From NCBI GenBank assembly GCA_903813345.2, contig CAIIXF020000001.1, positions 29,140,001 through 29,204,000 of the forward strand: a stretch of DNA of 64,000 bases, read 5' to 3'. Below, piece after piece: positions 34,905-50,153 of this stretch; position 1 is the first letter of the stretch, and every line of letters begins with the position of its first letter. Source of the DNA: Owenia fusiformis. Taxonomy: Eukaryota. The notes beneath the pieces are model-generated. The model made no database searches. It was not told the DNA's origin and saw nothing but the letters and a program-made list of their open reading frames with translations. Both the position numbers and the translations under genes were made by a program.

Positions 34905-37900
34905 TTTACCAATTCAGAAGCAGTCTTTTAAAATGACGAATTGCCTGCATAATTAAAAGCCAATGAAAGAACAGCCCATTCTGATGATGTTGAAAGAACT
35001 CTTTGCAACACATTAAGGTGAAATACATTTACTCACATGCATGTTATGTTTTAGCTTTTTAATTTTATAAGCAAGTTCAATAAAACCCCACAAGCTGAAC
35101 TATTCCCAATTCATTATCAAGGGCACCCACCTACTCAAGTTTTTGAATGATAGTATTATATGCACATATAGATATGTAGATATATTGAAACAATCCTCAA
35201 TTCCATGTGGAAATACAATGCATGTTGTCAAATTTTGTCTATGGAGAATTATTCTTGCTCAATGGTATTTCTGTTTTTCTACTTCATGATATTGGATTCG
35301 GACGCATAACGGCAATAACAATCAGCTTATTAGGGCACACATCAAAATGTTATCAAATCTGGCAAATCTGAGTACAGAAAATTATCGCCTACCATTGAAT
35401 GTCTGTATAATTGATGAAAATCTGTTTTCTTCAACAATAAAATGAATAAGAATATGTGTAAAAATGTCAAAGTATATACACACTTAAAAGAATATAGACT
35501 TTAATGTTGACATTTTTTATTCACTATTTTCAAGATAAAGAGATAATAATATAAAAGCCTTTGCTATGATATTTTGATATGTCCCCTAAATAAACTTAAA
35601 GGTCTAATTTCTCTGATTGAATGTCAACATTTGCCATAAAGTTCTCAGTCCTCAATTCATCAATTAATTGTTCTACAATATACCCTCTGCGTCACATTGT
35701 AATATTTGAATGTAATATGTAATGATGGGAAATAAACTTAACTTTAAAAAAAGCTTCATCATTTACAGTGTTACAAAATGTCATTCCATGAAGATATCCA
35801 GGTTAAATTTCCAGATGGTTTTAGAGAAAAGTACCCCGGCACTCAAATTGGTTAATTTGCATAACAGAAATCGAACATTATTTTAAGGATTTTCGACATT
35901 GTGATCAACAATAATGAGTTTCTAAGGTAACTCCTGATGGGATTATTAACATGTTTTATGGCTGCCATTATTAATTGCAATTTGTTGGATGTAACTTATT
36001 AGATTTGCAAATCCTATAAGTCTATCACTTATCTCATATCCTGTTAGAACGAGTTGTTAAATAATGGAACAGTTACAACGAGGGAAAACTTTTTCCTCTA
36101 TACCTCAAGTATTTATTCATGCGTGATTAACGGGGTTAACATGCTTTTTTACAGCCACTCAAAAAATTATTTGAATTCTGCCATTGGTAGCCTGATAAGT
36201 TGCCCTGAATCAACATCCTAGTCTTAAAAGTCTTTAATACCATTAGAGTTATTCATCTTGGAAAGATATATATTTTTAACTAGGTATTTAACAACATATG
36301 TTCAACATAAGATCATAGTGAAACCTATAATATATCTGAACACCCCTCTGATACAAACATCTCTCGATGTGACCACTTTTTCTCAGCTCTGTTCCAATTT
36401 TGATTTATGTCCCAAAGACTCACATATTAAGGAGACCTTGAAATGTGAATACTAGTTTTGTGGTGATTAATCGATACATTGTGATATACATTGCGCGATT
36501 GGCAATTCTGGCGATGCATCGATGTCTGGAACAAAACATCGATGTTTTATTTTAAAAATATTTAATCTGCAAAAAATCATCTATTCTTATTCCTTTTTCC
36601 TGCAAATGTCTTTCATTTCTCATTCCTTAGATCATTTTTGTATGTTTCTGATATTTTATTACTTTAAAAATGTTTAAGCTTGCCAAATTGACCAATGACC
36701 TCCAATGTTCACTTTATTTTCCCTACATCGTTACCGGAAGTACCGAATTACTATTACTTATTTGTAGCCTTTTATACTAAACTGTGAGCAACAACAATGA
36801 GTATTCAATTTGCTAAATGTTATGCGTACCCCTAAGGTAGCTTCTATGGTGAAAGAACTACAAGTTATATTTAGAATGAATGTTTTACATCTATAAAACA
36901 TCAATACAATATCATTATATAAAAAACGTTTTCTTGACTACAGGATTCAGAACCCAAGATTTGGGCCCATAGCCCCCCTCCCAAAGCCAAATTTTTTTCA
37001 AATTCATGCATTTTTCACCAATTTGGGCCAATTTTGTCAAAGGTGATCCCCCGCTAGAATATTTTGAAAGTGAATCTCCCTTGGTAAAAGCTTGCAAGGC
37101 CTGAGATTAATCCAAAAAGAAATTTTTCATTGTTAAGGTTTATCTACATATTATCACACAGGTATTTTTATTTTTCGACCTTTAAGGAGCCAAAAATCAT
37201 TGCATTGATAATTAAAGCTAAAACTATAAAATAACAATTTCTCTATGATATAATGTCAAGTCCTATCATATCCATTTGTGTTCCTGATGTTAGACATTAC
37301 TCATTGCCATATAATTTCAGTCATAAGTCACATCACCTTTGAATCCCAAATATGTCAGAATCAACTAAATAAATGAAATAAGATTTTATGAATGAAGACT
37401 CAGAATGTCTTTCTCATGTCAAAGTTTAAAATTTATTTCCCCAACATCTATAATGGTCCACCCCTGAGACTATGATTCTTTGAAAAATGTTTATCACAAA
37501 GCAGTGGAATTATAAATGCATGAGAGTATGCTCTTTATTAATTGCTTTATATTTCATTCCAGTTAGATTTCATCCAGTTACAAGGCACCTTGACTACAGG
37601 AGCAGAGCTGGAATCTGAGAAGTGTGAGTAGGATTTCTATGCCACTATAGATAAAGATACGCCTTATTGATAAGTAAGACAAATTTTACACATTGCATGA
37701 TGTTACTGTCAGTTTGCCTTTGTCTTTAAAATTTGGCAGAAAAATCCCAAGAGAAAAATCCCTTAAGACACTCCTATGAGAATTTTTTTCTAAAGTCAAA
37801 GTTAACATATTCTCAGACAGTATAGAAGCTGATGTTTACTTTCAATTTCTTAATGTACTTATTAATTTCTTAACAGCTGATGTTTCTTTTTTGAAGTGTT

Positions 37901-40900
37901 TTTATTAAAATATTTCAATGCAAAGAAACCAAACAGGCATTGACCTTAACACTTCTTACTGAATGAGTAAGAAAAATGTTTTCAGTTAGTTTAAAATATA
38001 ATGACAATTTCTAAGAACATGAACTTACACCCTTGGTATACGCAGCTAACGAAAATTGACCGGTACGGGTCAAAAGCTGGACCGGTACGGGTTAACGGTT
38101 TTATTTGAATTTAAAATAGCCATAACTTGCTCAATATTGACTTCCTCGTGTGTAATTTGAAATATATGATGCCTCCTGATGCTTTTAAGTACCCCAATTT
38201 TTTACAGATTTTTAAACGGACCAAAACTCTCTAAATGCGCATTTATGCTCTTTTCTCTCGAGAACGACTGTCTCATTTTCATGATAACTTTTATTTAGTA
38301 CTTCTAACATATAAGATCTATTTTTCCCCATCAAGGTATGATGTAAATGACATGCTATTTACATCTTGTGAGTTTCAATGACGCGCGTTTGATTTTATAA
38401 AAAATGCCAAACTTTGTGACAATGTTCCATATAGTGTATTTATTGCATCAATATTCGTAACATTAATATCTTCGGAGTAAGTTAAACCGAACCTAAACAA
38501 AACCAGTTACAACAAAAAGTACCAACTATCCCACATCTTACACAACAAATATGTAAGATGCTTCAAAACTGTATTCGACCCCATCAAATATACATTTGAT
38601 AAGTATTTTAAATATATGCAATGCCAAGCACCGTTCGTGTTGGGTAAACATATTCATTTGCGGTAAACATAGGCCTATTCATTTGTGGGGTAAGTCACGT
38701 GACTTACCGAATTATTTTATATAAACCAATGTTCACTGTTTTGATGTAAGTCACATGACTTTGGTCACGTGACTTGCGCCATCTATATATTCCAAGAGCT
38801 CTGGTGTGATCCTCCAATCGCGAACACGTATCTTCTATTATGAAAGGATCGCTTGTAGCCTCATGCTGCAATGATCTAAGAACTTCTCAATTTCCTCTCT
38901 GAATCGTGAATATGAATCTTGTTCAAATTCTTTTTCCTCGCTTGTTTCATCCATTTTCAGTTTTGAAATAATTTCTACGTCACTGGTCACGTGATTTACC
39001 GAATGGTTTTATGCTACATGCAGCATGTGTCATTTATGTGGGATAAGTCACGTGACTTACCCCACATGATTTTATGTGCAAGAATATGTCATTAATTATG
39101 TGGGGTAAGTCACAAGTGCATTTATCGCAGTTATATAAATCAAATATAAATGTGTAAAAACAAACAAATTTATTACGTGTTTCGAACCATTTTGATATAG
39201 TGGAATATCGAAAAAAATTCCATATGTGAACTTATGATACATAATATGTGCAGGACTGAATCCATGGATTTTGATTTGTCTCAGTGCAAAACATAATATT
39301 TGACTGTGTATATTAGGTAATATAGAATATATCGTGGTATAGAATTCAAAATAGTTTACATGTACATATTACATGTACAGTGGAACCTGTGTAAGTAGAA
39401 CACCCTTGGGAACACAAAAAAGCATTCTACTTGTGAGGTGTTCCATTTACAAAGGTTCATTAACATGGAGTCAATGAGGCATAGGACTTAAAAACCTGAT
39501 CCACTAATGAGGTGTTCCACTTAAAGAGGTATTCCACTCAGCAGTTTCTAATATATATAGAATTCTCAATTTTCCCTTTTTAAAATAAGATACTATTATG
39601 CAGAATAATGTACAATTTTTTATTTACTTGGACTTGTAATTTAATACTTCAAGTCAGTTTTTTAACACAAGGAGATGCAGCTGTTTCACATTGTGAACAT
39701 TAGATAAACAATGGATGGTAAAGATTTAAACACTGCTTACAATGAAGGTTATAAACTTCGGAGGATTGAATAAATTTTTACATAATTATGATTCTTTCAT
39801 TAAAGTCCAGGCCTTACTTAGTCATTAAACTAGGCCATTATCAACTGTCTTGTGTCTTTTGTTTGTCTAATTGTTGACATAGACAACATGGCTATACTGT
39901 CAGGAAGTGTAGACCTTATGACCAGTCAGAGCAGTGAAACAATGGAACACATTACTAAATAATATAAGATAAGGATAGCTCAAGTTATATAGAGTGCTAG
40001 AATATAGGAAGTAGCCCCTGGAACTTGGAAACCCTATCTTGTAATAACATAAAATAACATAAGGAGGAGCATGATACCAACCAATCTCTTTGTCAAGTGG
40101 ACAATCCCCTCCCTCCCTCTTTCCTCTTGACCAGGTGTAGGCTGAGATTGAATGTGGGGATTAGGATATGTACAGTGTCTTGAGGAAAAATTAGTAAAAC
40201 AAAAAAGTTAAACAAGAATACAAAAAATATATGGACAAACAAAATAAGAATATTATCAACAAGTGAACCCACCTACCAATGCATCAACTAAATCACACAA
40301 AAAGTCCATTCTAGAATGCTGTAGTAATCTACAAAGCATAAATATACTAATATAAAGCAAATCATTCTATTATATATCCTGAGCACAGCGGTTAACAGGT
40401 TAGCTGAACTCTTTTAAGAAGCGGAATCGAACTAATGGAAATGGTAAATCCTGATTCTGATCAAAAGTGCAATAAAAAGATCTGTAATACATGGTAAACA
40501 TATTATTATTATCATAAAAATAGTTGTCATTATAGATATCATTATATCATCATATTATTATCATAAGAAATATTTGATTTGAAATTTCAGGGTTGCTTTT
40601 TGAGAAAAAGAGTATTAGTTTTAAGGTATGCTGGGTAAAATTTAAAGGGGTGTTACCAGAGTTTGATATAAAGAAATATAACCAAAAATGATCGTTGATA
40701 ATATTTTTACTAAATAGTCGAACATTTCAAAGGTTAAAAGTTTAAAAGCTTTTGAAAGCACACTCTAAATAACTTATTAGCATTGCATGTCAATTTCACT
40801 AATAAATCAGTTGCCAAAGCAAATGCGTTCCTAACACTCATACTTAGCTATGACCTCTTGAGGAAATAAGAGGCGGCTTGTTCTCATTTGATTTCATTTG

Positions 40901-42529
40901 AAAAGGCAAAGATACATCTTGATAGAGGTGAAAACAGAATGACCCAGGAGAGAATGTTAGTTGGTACTTTTGAGATGGCTTTGGAAAAGCAGGAACTTCA
41001 TTAAGTATTAATCTTTCCGAACAATGTAGGAGTGACATTATTTGACAAATTACTTGTTTCCCCTGCCATTTATATTGTCAAGGTGATCATCAAAGCAGAT
41101 CATTCTGACCTGATGCAAGCAACTTCTTATGATAACTTATGTAAGCACACTTTCTAGATTGAAAAATATGTTTTATTTGTACATGTATCATTGACATTTC
41201 ACCCCTTGTGCTCAATAATATATTCAACTGTAAAGCTAATCTAAAAAAAACATGATGGGTAACACATAAGAAAAATCACTGTTAAAAAAACAGACCTCTC
41301 AAAAATAGTAAAAATGGCATCTATCACAATCACATCTCATACATCTATCTGCCTGTACAGAATCCATTTGATAATGTTAAGCATTTACTATGATCTATTC
41401 ACTTTCTTTTTTAGAATGATCAAAAATTAAGGAAATAATTTTTCATTTAAACTAATGATAGCTATTACTTAAGCAAAACGAAAGCTAATTACCACTGTAG
41501 CTTCAATAGTACAGTTGAATGCTGAATATTTATATGTTTGTATTTAGACTTCACAATTTTTAATCTAGCTTATATCGACAAAGAAATCCCTCACTCTCCT
41601 TAGATTTGGCCCCTCGACTTAGAATGGCATTATCTGTAGTTGGTTTTTCACTATAAGATTTTTGATTGATTTAAAACAACACTGTATATACTCACTCTTG
41701 CAAAACTAGTCTGATTTTCATCAAGAAATGAAACCTCATACTTTGGAAATGTAATATAATACCTAAATATAATGCACACCACAGATCTACCCCATATCCT
41801 AAAATAACCCTATAGTGTGCAGACTGAAAAAACCTCTTGGTTTATGACAAGGTCATTATAACATCCTTGTTTATGTACAAATCCAGGCTTGGATTCTTTC
41901 AGAACTTCCTGCTAAAAATGGTGTCCTTCTTATATGACAGCAACTATGTATGTGCCACAGTGAGCAGAATTTGTCTTATTATGTCACCACCGCAACATTT
42001 TGTGGATTGTGTTGGCTTTAGGAGTTCAGCGTCTGTAACAAATGGCAGGCGATTACATTTTGCGTGTTAATTCCTTGCATTCTATTGTCGCTGGAAGGAA
42101 AGTCTCTCACCCATGATAACACCCCCCCTCCCATGACATTTACAGTCTTTTATATATGTGCAAAAAATATGTTTGATTTTAAGAGGAAAATTGAAAATGT
42201 ACAAATAAAGTGTTGCAGATGGCTTCTTGCAATACTGCAGTAACCTTGCATTACTGAGTGAGACTGGCAATGACTACCAATGTCATATCATATTCATTTG
42301 AGTGCAATCAAGTACTGGACATACATAAGCATGCAACCAAAGACTTCTCTAATGAGCAAATTACTTTCACACATGAAATACAAAAAATACAGTCTGCGGT
42401 ACAATTTCATTGCAAAGTCACTGCAAATATTGACATTGATGTGAATGATGTGAAACTTCCCGATCCATTCTCAAAAAATGCATTCTTGAAATGTGTTAAA
42501 CAAAAGCTTATCACTAAATGCAATAATCA

Positions 42530-42760
42530 GTGGAAAGTGAAAATAGCTCTGGTAACAAAACAAAGTTTAAAAATAATATTCAACTTGAAGAATATCTTAT
42601 TACTAAAAATAACTTTGAAAAAAGAAAACTGAAACTGAGACTCAGTGATCATTCATTAGAGATGATTGAAGCAGGAAGATACAAAAATGAAATAATCGCA
42701 AATGTACAAAATGAAATAAATCACTGTGCATCATGTGAAATATCAGGCTTCTATCTATTC
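42530..42760 (+). pseudogene. Degraded 3' fragment of a LINE ORF2
   Basis: LEEYL...LKLRLSDHSL.IEAGRY resembles the C-terminus of L2/CR1-group ORF2; frame disrupted. Confidence 0.5.
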
Positions 42761-43959
42761 CTATACAGCATCCTTTGACAACAACAAGTCAAAGGAACTT
42801 ATGGCTCATCTATTAATTTCCTTTTTAGTTTCATAACAGAAAGATGTGACGAGTATAAGAGTGTCTACGTGCGCCATCCCCTGCATTGAAGATTACGGAT
42901 TCAGATCATGATTAAGTACAGCCTTTATTATTCGGGAAGCTTCCAATAGTTCAGTTTCAGTAACTTATCTGGCTATTAATTTATGGCTCTGATACCACAA
43001 ATACATCATAATTTGCAAAGGGTTGAAATGCAATTGTAACAAACCAAAACAGAAAATGAATATTAAGTCATTGAGTCATGATTCAAGAACAGTGATTTGT
43101 ATATCAATCTTAAAGGTGTGCTTACATGTAAAAATACTCTTTGTGGTTTTCTTGTAAATTTGGTCTGATATTTACTTGATTTAATCTTTTTTCTAAATAT
43201 TATGTAGCTGTACTCGAAGGTGGCTTTTTAATTGAAAGTGCATGTGTTCCATGCAATTTTTCATCTTTATCATTTTAAAGGCATCAGACTCTTAAGTGGG
43301 ACAATCAAAATGTATCAAATGTAAAATATAGTAACCTAAAAAGTATTGTGTAGAAGGGTGAGGTCTTGATTTGAATTGAATTGATTGAATTTTGATTTTT
43401 GTCTTTTGGAGAATTTTCTCTTCTAGAACTCCAAACCTGCAAGACTAAATTTTTGACACCTTCCCCTTGAACAACATTCGATCAATAAACGATTTAACAC
43501 AAGTCATATATTAGTTCCCAATATGACCATTCGGTAAATCTATTATCCCATTTTTGTATTTATGTAGTGTTAAATTTGAAGCAAATATCAATCAGGAACA
43601 GTTCAAATAACCTTAACGATAAAGATTTGACCTATTACAAATGTTGATTGAAACTATTCCTAATAAATATTCGGTGAAAGATAATTTGCTGTAAGAGAAA
43701 TAGGCCATATGATAGACCATATCAGCGATGCAACAGGGAAACACGGTCTGGTGGTAAAACTGCCGATATGTCAGTCTTGTTCTCGAAATCTTGATTGTAT
43801 ATTGGCTGATAATCCTATACAAGATCAAGAGCTCAATTTTATTTTCAATCTTATAAGTTGACACTCACTCATTTTGAATTCCAACTTCTTGTTAAATGAC
43901 ATAAAAAAACATTTGGGCTCAGCATCAATAAAGAAAAATTTGAAATATTTTTTCATTTA

Positions 43960-44567
43960 TAAAGTGATTTTAGACAGTCATATCTTTCACCATAAGTACT
44001 TTCTGGGCATAAATACAGTTGTATTTTTCGTATTTATACCCAAAAAGGAGGAAGGAAAGTATCGCAACAGATTTTGGACAGTCATTTGTTGGACTTTAGC
44101 TATTTCCTGAGGATTTAAATGGGTGCATATGTTAGACCAATCCATTACCTCCAGGTAAAAGCACCCCTAGAGATGATAAAATAATTTTGACTTGTTGACA
44201 GGGAAGATGCAAACAACCCACCCACATGTTTTTTCTGAAATATTTTTCTGATTTTCAACCCCTTCCACTACTGCTTTTCTAATTTTTCTTGCATCAATAT
44301 GTTGTGTTTTGACACACAGTTAACCCCTTCAAAGGAATAAGTGATTCCTTTTAGATAAAATGGAAAACAATATTTCCCATGTTATTTTCCCATAGGAAAA
44401 ACTCATTCGATCCATTGTTTTCAGTTAATTTCGGTCATCCATAATGGATATCTTTAAACCTGTTTAAATCCTCAGAAAATAGCCAAAATCCAACATATGA
44501 CTGTCCGAAATCTGTTGCAATACTTTCCCTCCTCCCTTGGTGAAAGGTAGTCTCTAAAATCACTTGC
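43960..44567. repeat. Inverted-repeat (foldback/MITE-like) element
   Basis: ~44047-44122 (GGAGGAAGGAAAGTATCGCAACAGATTTTGGACAGTCAT...) is an imperfect reverse complement of ~44459-44535; outer AAGTGATTTTAGA / TCTAAAATCACTT. Confidence 0.7.
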
Positions 44568-46199
44568 CATACTGCACGTTGACCTTTATTTATTTATTTG
44601 AAATAATCAGAGGGTAACTACCATTTATAGATTTAGATTATTATCCCTCTGAATCATAGGGTTTCTTACAGCTGGGGACCCAAAAGCCGCTAAAAGAAGA
44701 GAACAGTGTACCAACAGAAAGGCATTTTTGTTTTGCTTTGTATGGAACTTTAATTTAAAGAAAAATAGTGCAGTATCCTTGATTTTCAAACATTTGGTAC
44801 TGGTCTAAAATTCAAATTATTTCGTTTTTTTTTCGTGTATACTTTGACCCCCGTGTGAATGAAGCTTGAGTAGGGATATATGTAAAAGCTGTCTGTCCAT
44901 CTGTCTGTCCAAACTCAAATGGATGACAGATAAGATTTAGGTTTTTTTCTTTGATCTACTTTTGCAATTTGACTTAGTTTTGTTACAAAATGGAACCAAC
45001 TTTTAAAATCAATTTTACATAAGATATGGTGATAGAATAATGATATCATATTTTTGCAGATTACTCCATGATCATAACAATCATAATCTCCCAAATTACA
45101 ATTGATCCTTTATATCAATTATCAGGACATGTTTCAATCTCTGCACATAAGATCTCACACTCAACAAATAGAACAATACCCTGTTTCATTGAAATGTGAT
45201 AAATCAATCTTAAAATTCCTCACATTAAACTAAGTGGGAAATTAATAGTAACATTTATTTCAAAACCTGCACTAATCTGTTTTGGTATCATTAAAAATAT
45301 TTCACATAACACCTTTTACATTTGAATATAATCCCCATAAAATGTTATCTATTTCCATATTTATATAGCAGCTTTCTTCGGGTATCATATTAAGAATGAC
45401 ACCTCAAATGTCACACAGATACTGATTGGATGGACCCTTTGAATTAGGTACTGTATACGTATTCTATTTTGCCTCCTGTTTCAGTTAAAGAGTATTATAT
45501 GGACAAAGGGTTTATGAAAATAAAGAAAATGTAAAAGTTAAGATATGTACAATTGTTTGAAATAATTCATTTTCAATAAAAAATAACGTCTTGTGTCGCA
45601 GGTTTTACATATGGTCCATCCATTATCTATCACAGTCTTTGAACATTTATAATTATGAAATTGAAATAAGCACTATCGTATATGATTAACTGGGACAGCC
45701 ATAAAATTAAAACTGGGAATGAAGGTATGGTAAACTATTATATAGGTATGGTAAACTATACATATGGTAAACTACAGGTACAGTGAATAAAACTAAATAC
45801 GGTAAACTGGATTTGTAAAAATTGTATAAATGTTTTCTTTGAAATACATGCATAATTTTTCATAAAAAATGGTTTTGGTCAACTCTAAGTTTAAACTACA
45901 CAGATGGTAAACTACAGGTTTAGTTAACTTCGGTACTAATTTTTTTCAGCTCAACAGATAGATTCTTCTCTTCCAACCTCTTATTTACTTTAAATGGGAA
46001 AGTGGTTTTTAGTTTGCAAGGTCAATGTCAACATAAACAAACATGTCTTTGAGTGCACAGAGGCTTACCCTGCGTGCAGAGTCTAGTTAAACTACACTCT
46101 GCCTAGTAGAGACCATATTACAGTTTAATAGCCCCACCCCCTCGACGGGTACCGGTGACAGTTTGGGTAAAACACTTTTGACCTACGCGCTGCCCTTCC

Positions 46200-46433
46200 A
46201 CCAATCAGCGAGCTTCAAGAAACATACGCCAAATGCGTTCTAATTAAATATTCGCATGGCATTGGTCAATTCCGGGCTCAATGATGACGTCAGAAGGAAT
46301 GACCATATAAAGAACGTCGGTCAAATTTGGCCGACGAAAACTGATTGGCGCGTTGAGTTCACAGGTTTATTTTAGTTTGAAAGAGTGAAGACGAAGCTCT
46401 ATTTTAAGAAGTGAAGTCAAACGAATGCAAAGG
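46200..46433 (+). promoter_or_regulatory. Probable promoter / first non-coding exon of receptor paralog B
   Basis: Local CpG-richer island with three CCAAT boxes (46201, 46261, ~46344), CRE TGACGTCA (46285) and a donor AGG|GTAACA near 46433; candidate second UTR exon 47054-47083. Confidence 0.45.
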
Positions 46434-47344
46434 GTAACAGAGGCTGTCAACATCCATGGTATTTTATCACATAATTCTATGTAGGGCCATTCGTTGAAGC
46501 TGTGATGCAGAAAATCTCATTCTTGAATTAAATGTATGGTTCTCGTTAAGATGGTCATAGCCAATATTTATTAGACTTCTAAATCAAAATTATTGAACAT
46601 GGGGAAAATTATTTTGGTAAACAAAATCAATTCTCATTTTAGATGTTTACAAAAATAACTTATTTTTTGTCCAGTGTTTGCCTTTAGTTAAGACATGCCT
46701 GTAATGAAGCAATTAGATAAATGGTCTGAAGGTGCTGTTCTATTAGGAATGAATAACAATTTCATTGAGATAAATGTTCATTAAAATAGATAATGGAAAT
46801 GGGTATTACGAAGTTGATGATCGTATTGTGCTATACATACATTAATACTTTTTATAATACATTAGTTGAAGTGCTAGGTTAGAGACTGTAAACAACTTTC
46901 AATGTGAGGGTTATAGTTTTAATGACACAGAATTATGTTTATAAAGCATGCAAGGTTTAGAAAGTACCACATCAGTATTCTGTGTAGAGAAGTCAGCTCA
47001 TAACATAGTTAAGGGATATTTTCCCAGTGAGAAGTATACATTTTTCATTACAGTGATTGATCATTATATGGCAGTCAGACAAGGTATGATTGTTTTATAA
47101 ATTATTAATTCTTCGAAAGTATTATATATTCAATTATTGCCACATATGTTGACTCTATAAGGCTCCCCAAGAGGGGGCAGTGAGGTCGCTTTAGTCACTT
47201 TTAAAACTGTGATTTGTCACATTTAAAATTTACCTATCATATTATCATTTTTTTAGGCAGTTAATGTAGTTTAATGCAACAAATGGACCATTATGTTCCA
47301 TTGTTTAGATTACTGTTTAGAATATGTCATCGGTGGGATATAGT

Positions 47345-47945
47345 CGATCCTCATGATGACAGCGAGATCATGATCGTGATCATCCCACTTTTTTTGTCAT
47401 TGCGATATCGAGAAATCTGCTCATCAGATTTTCTCCAAACTCGCACACATGATAGAGGATATCAAATTCTAGAGCTGATTAACTGATGAGATGATCATCC
47501 TGCTTTTTTTGTCATCGTGATATCGAGAAATCTGCTCATCGGATTTTCTCGCAAACATGATAGAGGATATCAATTTCTAGAGCCGATTAACTTTTGGGCA
47601 GCCATCTTGTTTTCTGGTGGCCCTTTTGAAGGTTTTCGTGATCATCCCGCTTTTTTGTCATCACGATATCGAGAAATCTGCTCATCCAATTTTCTCCAAA
47701 CTCGCACACATAATAGAGGATATCAAGTTCTAGAGCTGATCTTGTTGCGGCCATCTTGTTTTCCGGTGGCCCTTTTGAAGGTTTTTGATAAATCTTGTCA
47801 TTGCCATTTCAGGAAAACCGCTCATCCGGTTTTCTCCATATTGGCACACATGATAGAGGATAACTTCTTGGTGGCCATCTTGTTTTCTGGCAGCCATTTG
47901 GAAGGTTTTTCGATGGTGTGATCTCGTTCACCTCATGTGCCTTTT
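47345..47945 (+). repeat. Interspersed element with internal degenerate tandem repeats (HINE-like)
   Basis: GATATCGAGAAATCTGCTCATC...ATGATAGAGGATATCAA unit occurs 3-4 times; a related fragment is at ~51410-51480. Confidence 0.55.
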
Positions 47946-50153
47946 TGTCACTTCCAAAACACTCGGCAGTCAGATCAATGTTCAAAATTGTCACTTGCGA
48001 GCATTTATTTGTCACAAGTTGTTGTTCTTTGTTTTTAAATACATGTACATCACATTTAGTGACAGTTTTAGAGCCAGGTCACTTTGTCACATACCCCTTG
48101 GGGAGCCCTCTCTGTTAAAAGTGACAGGATTTGGACTATGGATCACATTGTTATGAACAAATCTATGATTAACGAGCAATGTAAAGAAGAAACAATTAAC
48201 AGAATCATCACCAATTTATTAATGGGTTTTATACTATACTTGTACGTCATGAGCACTGTGGCACAATTGAAATGATTTGAGTGTATTATGATTAATGACT
48301 TTTAAAAACTCTGTTTACTTTGTTTTAGTTTTGAAAAGGCTTTTTCAGATTAATAGATATTTTGAGAAGAGCTGTGTAAAAGGTCCCCCTAAAGTACTGT
48401 TGTTTATTTGTCATACAGAGTTCCATATGTCATGGCATGAGGTCAAGAGAGATACAATCTAAACTTATCTTAATTCGCTTAATACTATCACAATTAATAG
48501 AACACCTCAGTTTGTCAGCCTTTGATGGTTTGCACCTTGACCTGTTATTTCAAGATAAGTACTTTTCTATGAGAAAGAGGTCATAAAGACTTTTAATTAG
48601 ATACCCAAATGTTAAGGAGGGAGTATAACAACTCCAAGAGGAGCTCTGCAAACCTAGTGATACAATGTTTGGAGGATTAAAGAAAGTGAATTAGTGTTAA
48701 TTTTCCTCAATCAGTTTTAAGTAATTTCAATGATTATCTCACTGACCACAAGTTTAAAGGAAAAGAGATACGATCAGCATCAACATCAGAATGGGATTTT
48801 TGAAGTTATTTTTTGCTTATTTCTCGTCTGTTGGATTATAAAATAATCATACACATATGATATGATTTATCTATTGCCTACATTATAAAGCAGGTGACAT
48901 TATGTGTATGATGGTGTACCATGCTCACTATTGAAATAACTATCTGTAGATAATGGAGGATTAAGTATGTATTGTTAAGTAAGTAATATGATACTTCTAA
49001 GTTGCAAATTCCAATAATTACTCAAATATAAAAAAGAGAATAATTGCATTGGCTTAAATTGCAAAAATCAATTCTAATATTCCAATGTAATCTGTAAAGG
49101 AAGGAAGATTCAATCATAATGAAATGGGTCAATATGTTATTAGAACTAGTGTTTATTCCATAAATGTGCACATTTATTGAACATAAATAACCTTTTTCAA
49201 ATTATGGAAACAGTTCGTAATGGGGTACATCTGTATACCTCATGGAATTAATTCAAGTGTAATAACTAAGGGATTAATATTATGTGGTGTCACGATAGTG
49301 TGTGAGGCTCCAATGATATCTAAACTGAAATATGCTTACTGATGTCCAACAGCTTGTCTGTAAACATTAATCCCTATTATGCCATTTGGTCATTAAGGTA
49401 TTTAAGGTATTATTCAAAAATATTTTAATGATAACGAATTTCATAATTCATAAAATTAGTTAAATCAGCATCCTCGGCCTCTTCAAGCTTACAAACATAG
49501 TTATAATATAAAAATTTATTCCTCTAGAATAAAATATAAAATATAAATATAAAATATACCCTGCACTAGATTACTGCCAATCAAGAAAATATGATTGTAC
49601 ATTAGTAAGCATATCAGAACAGCAATTGGCTATCACATATAATCGTGATTTGGTTAGGTCAAATGTTTGACTGTACATTTATTTTGTCATTGGATAGGAC
49701 ATCTTTATAATCATGATTTTTCATTTATATTTTTACTGATTTTTTAACTGCTATAAAATCAAAGATGTGTCTATGTTTTTTTAATTTTTCTTGAAGATTA
49801 TACTTTAAAGAATTTAAATGATCCTTTTTTCTTTAAGATTATACTTTAAGAAATTTAACAATCATACATTTACAGTATTTTAATATCATACATTTACAGC
49901 TGACTGGTTTAATGCATTAGCGTTAGCAAACACTTCATTAGTACCATGCTTCTCATCTTGATATGAAACAACGTGGGTATTTATAGGTATTCATATATTT
50001 ATAGGTATTCATAACTGTAGAATTGAAAAATATAATAATATTATAAGGAACTTTAAATTCATAACATCAAGAAGATATTTTTAAAGAACTTGTCAATGTT
50101 ATACTGAAACCAAGACATCTTATTATGCCTTGTTTTTCAGATGAAGTGTGAGC

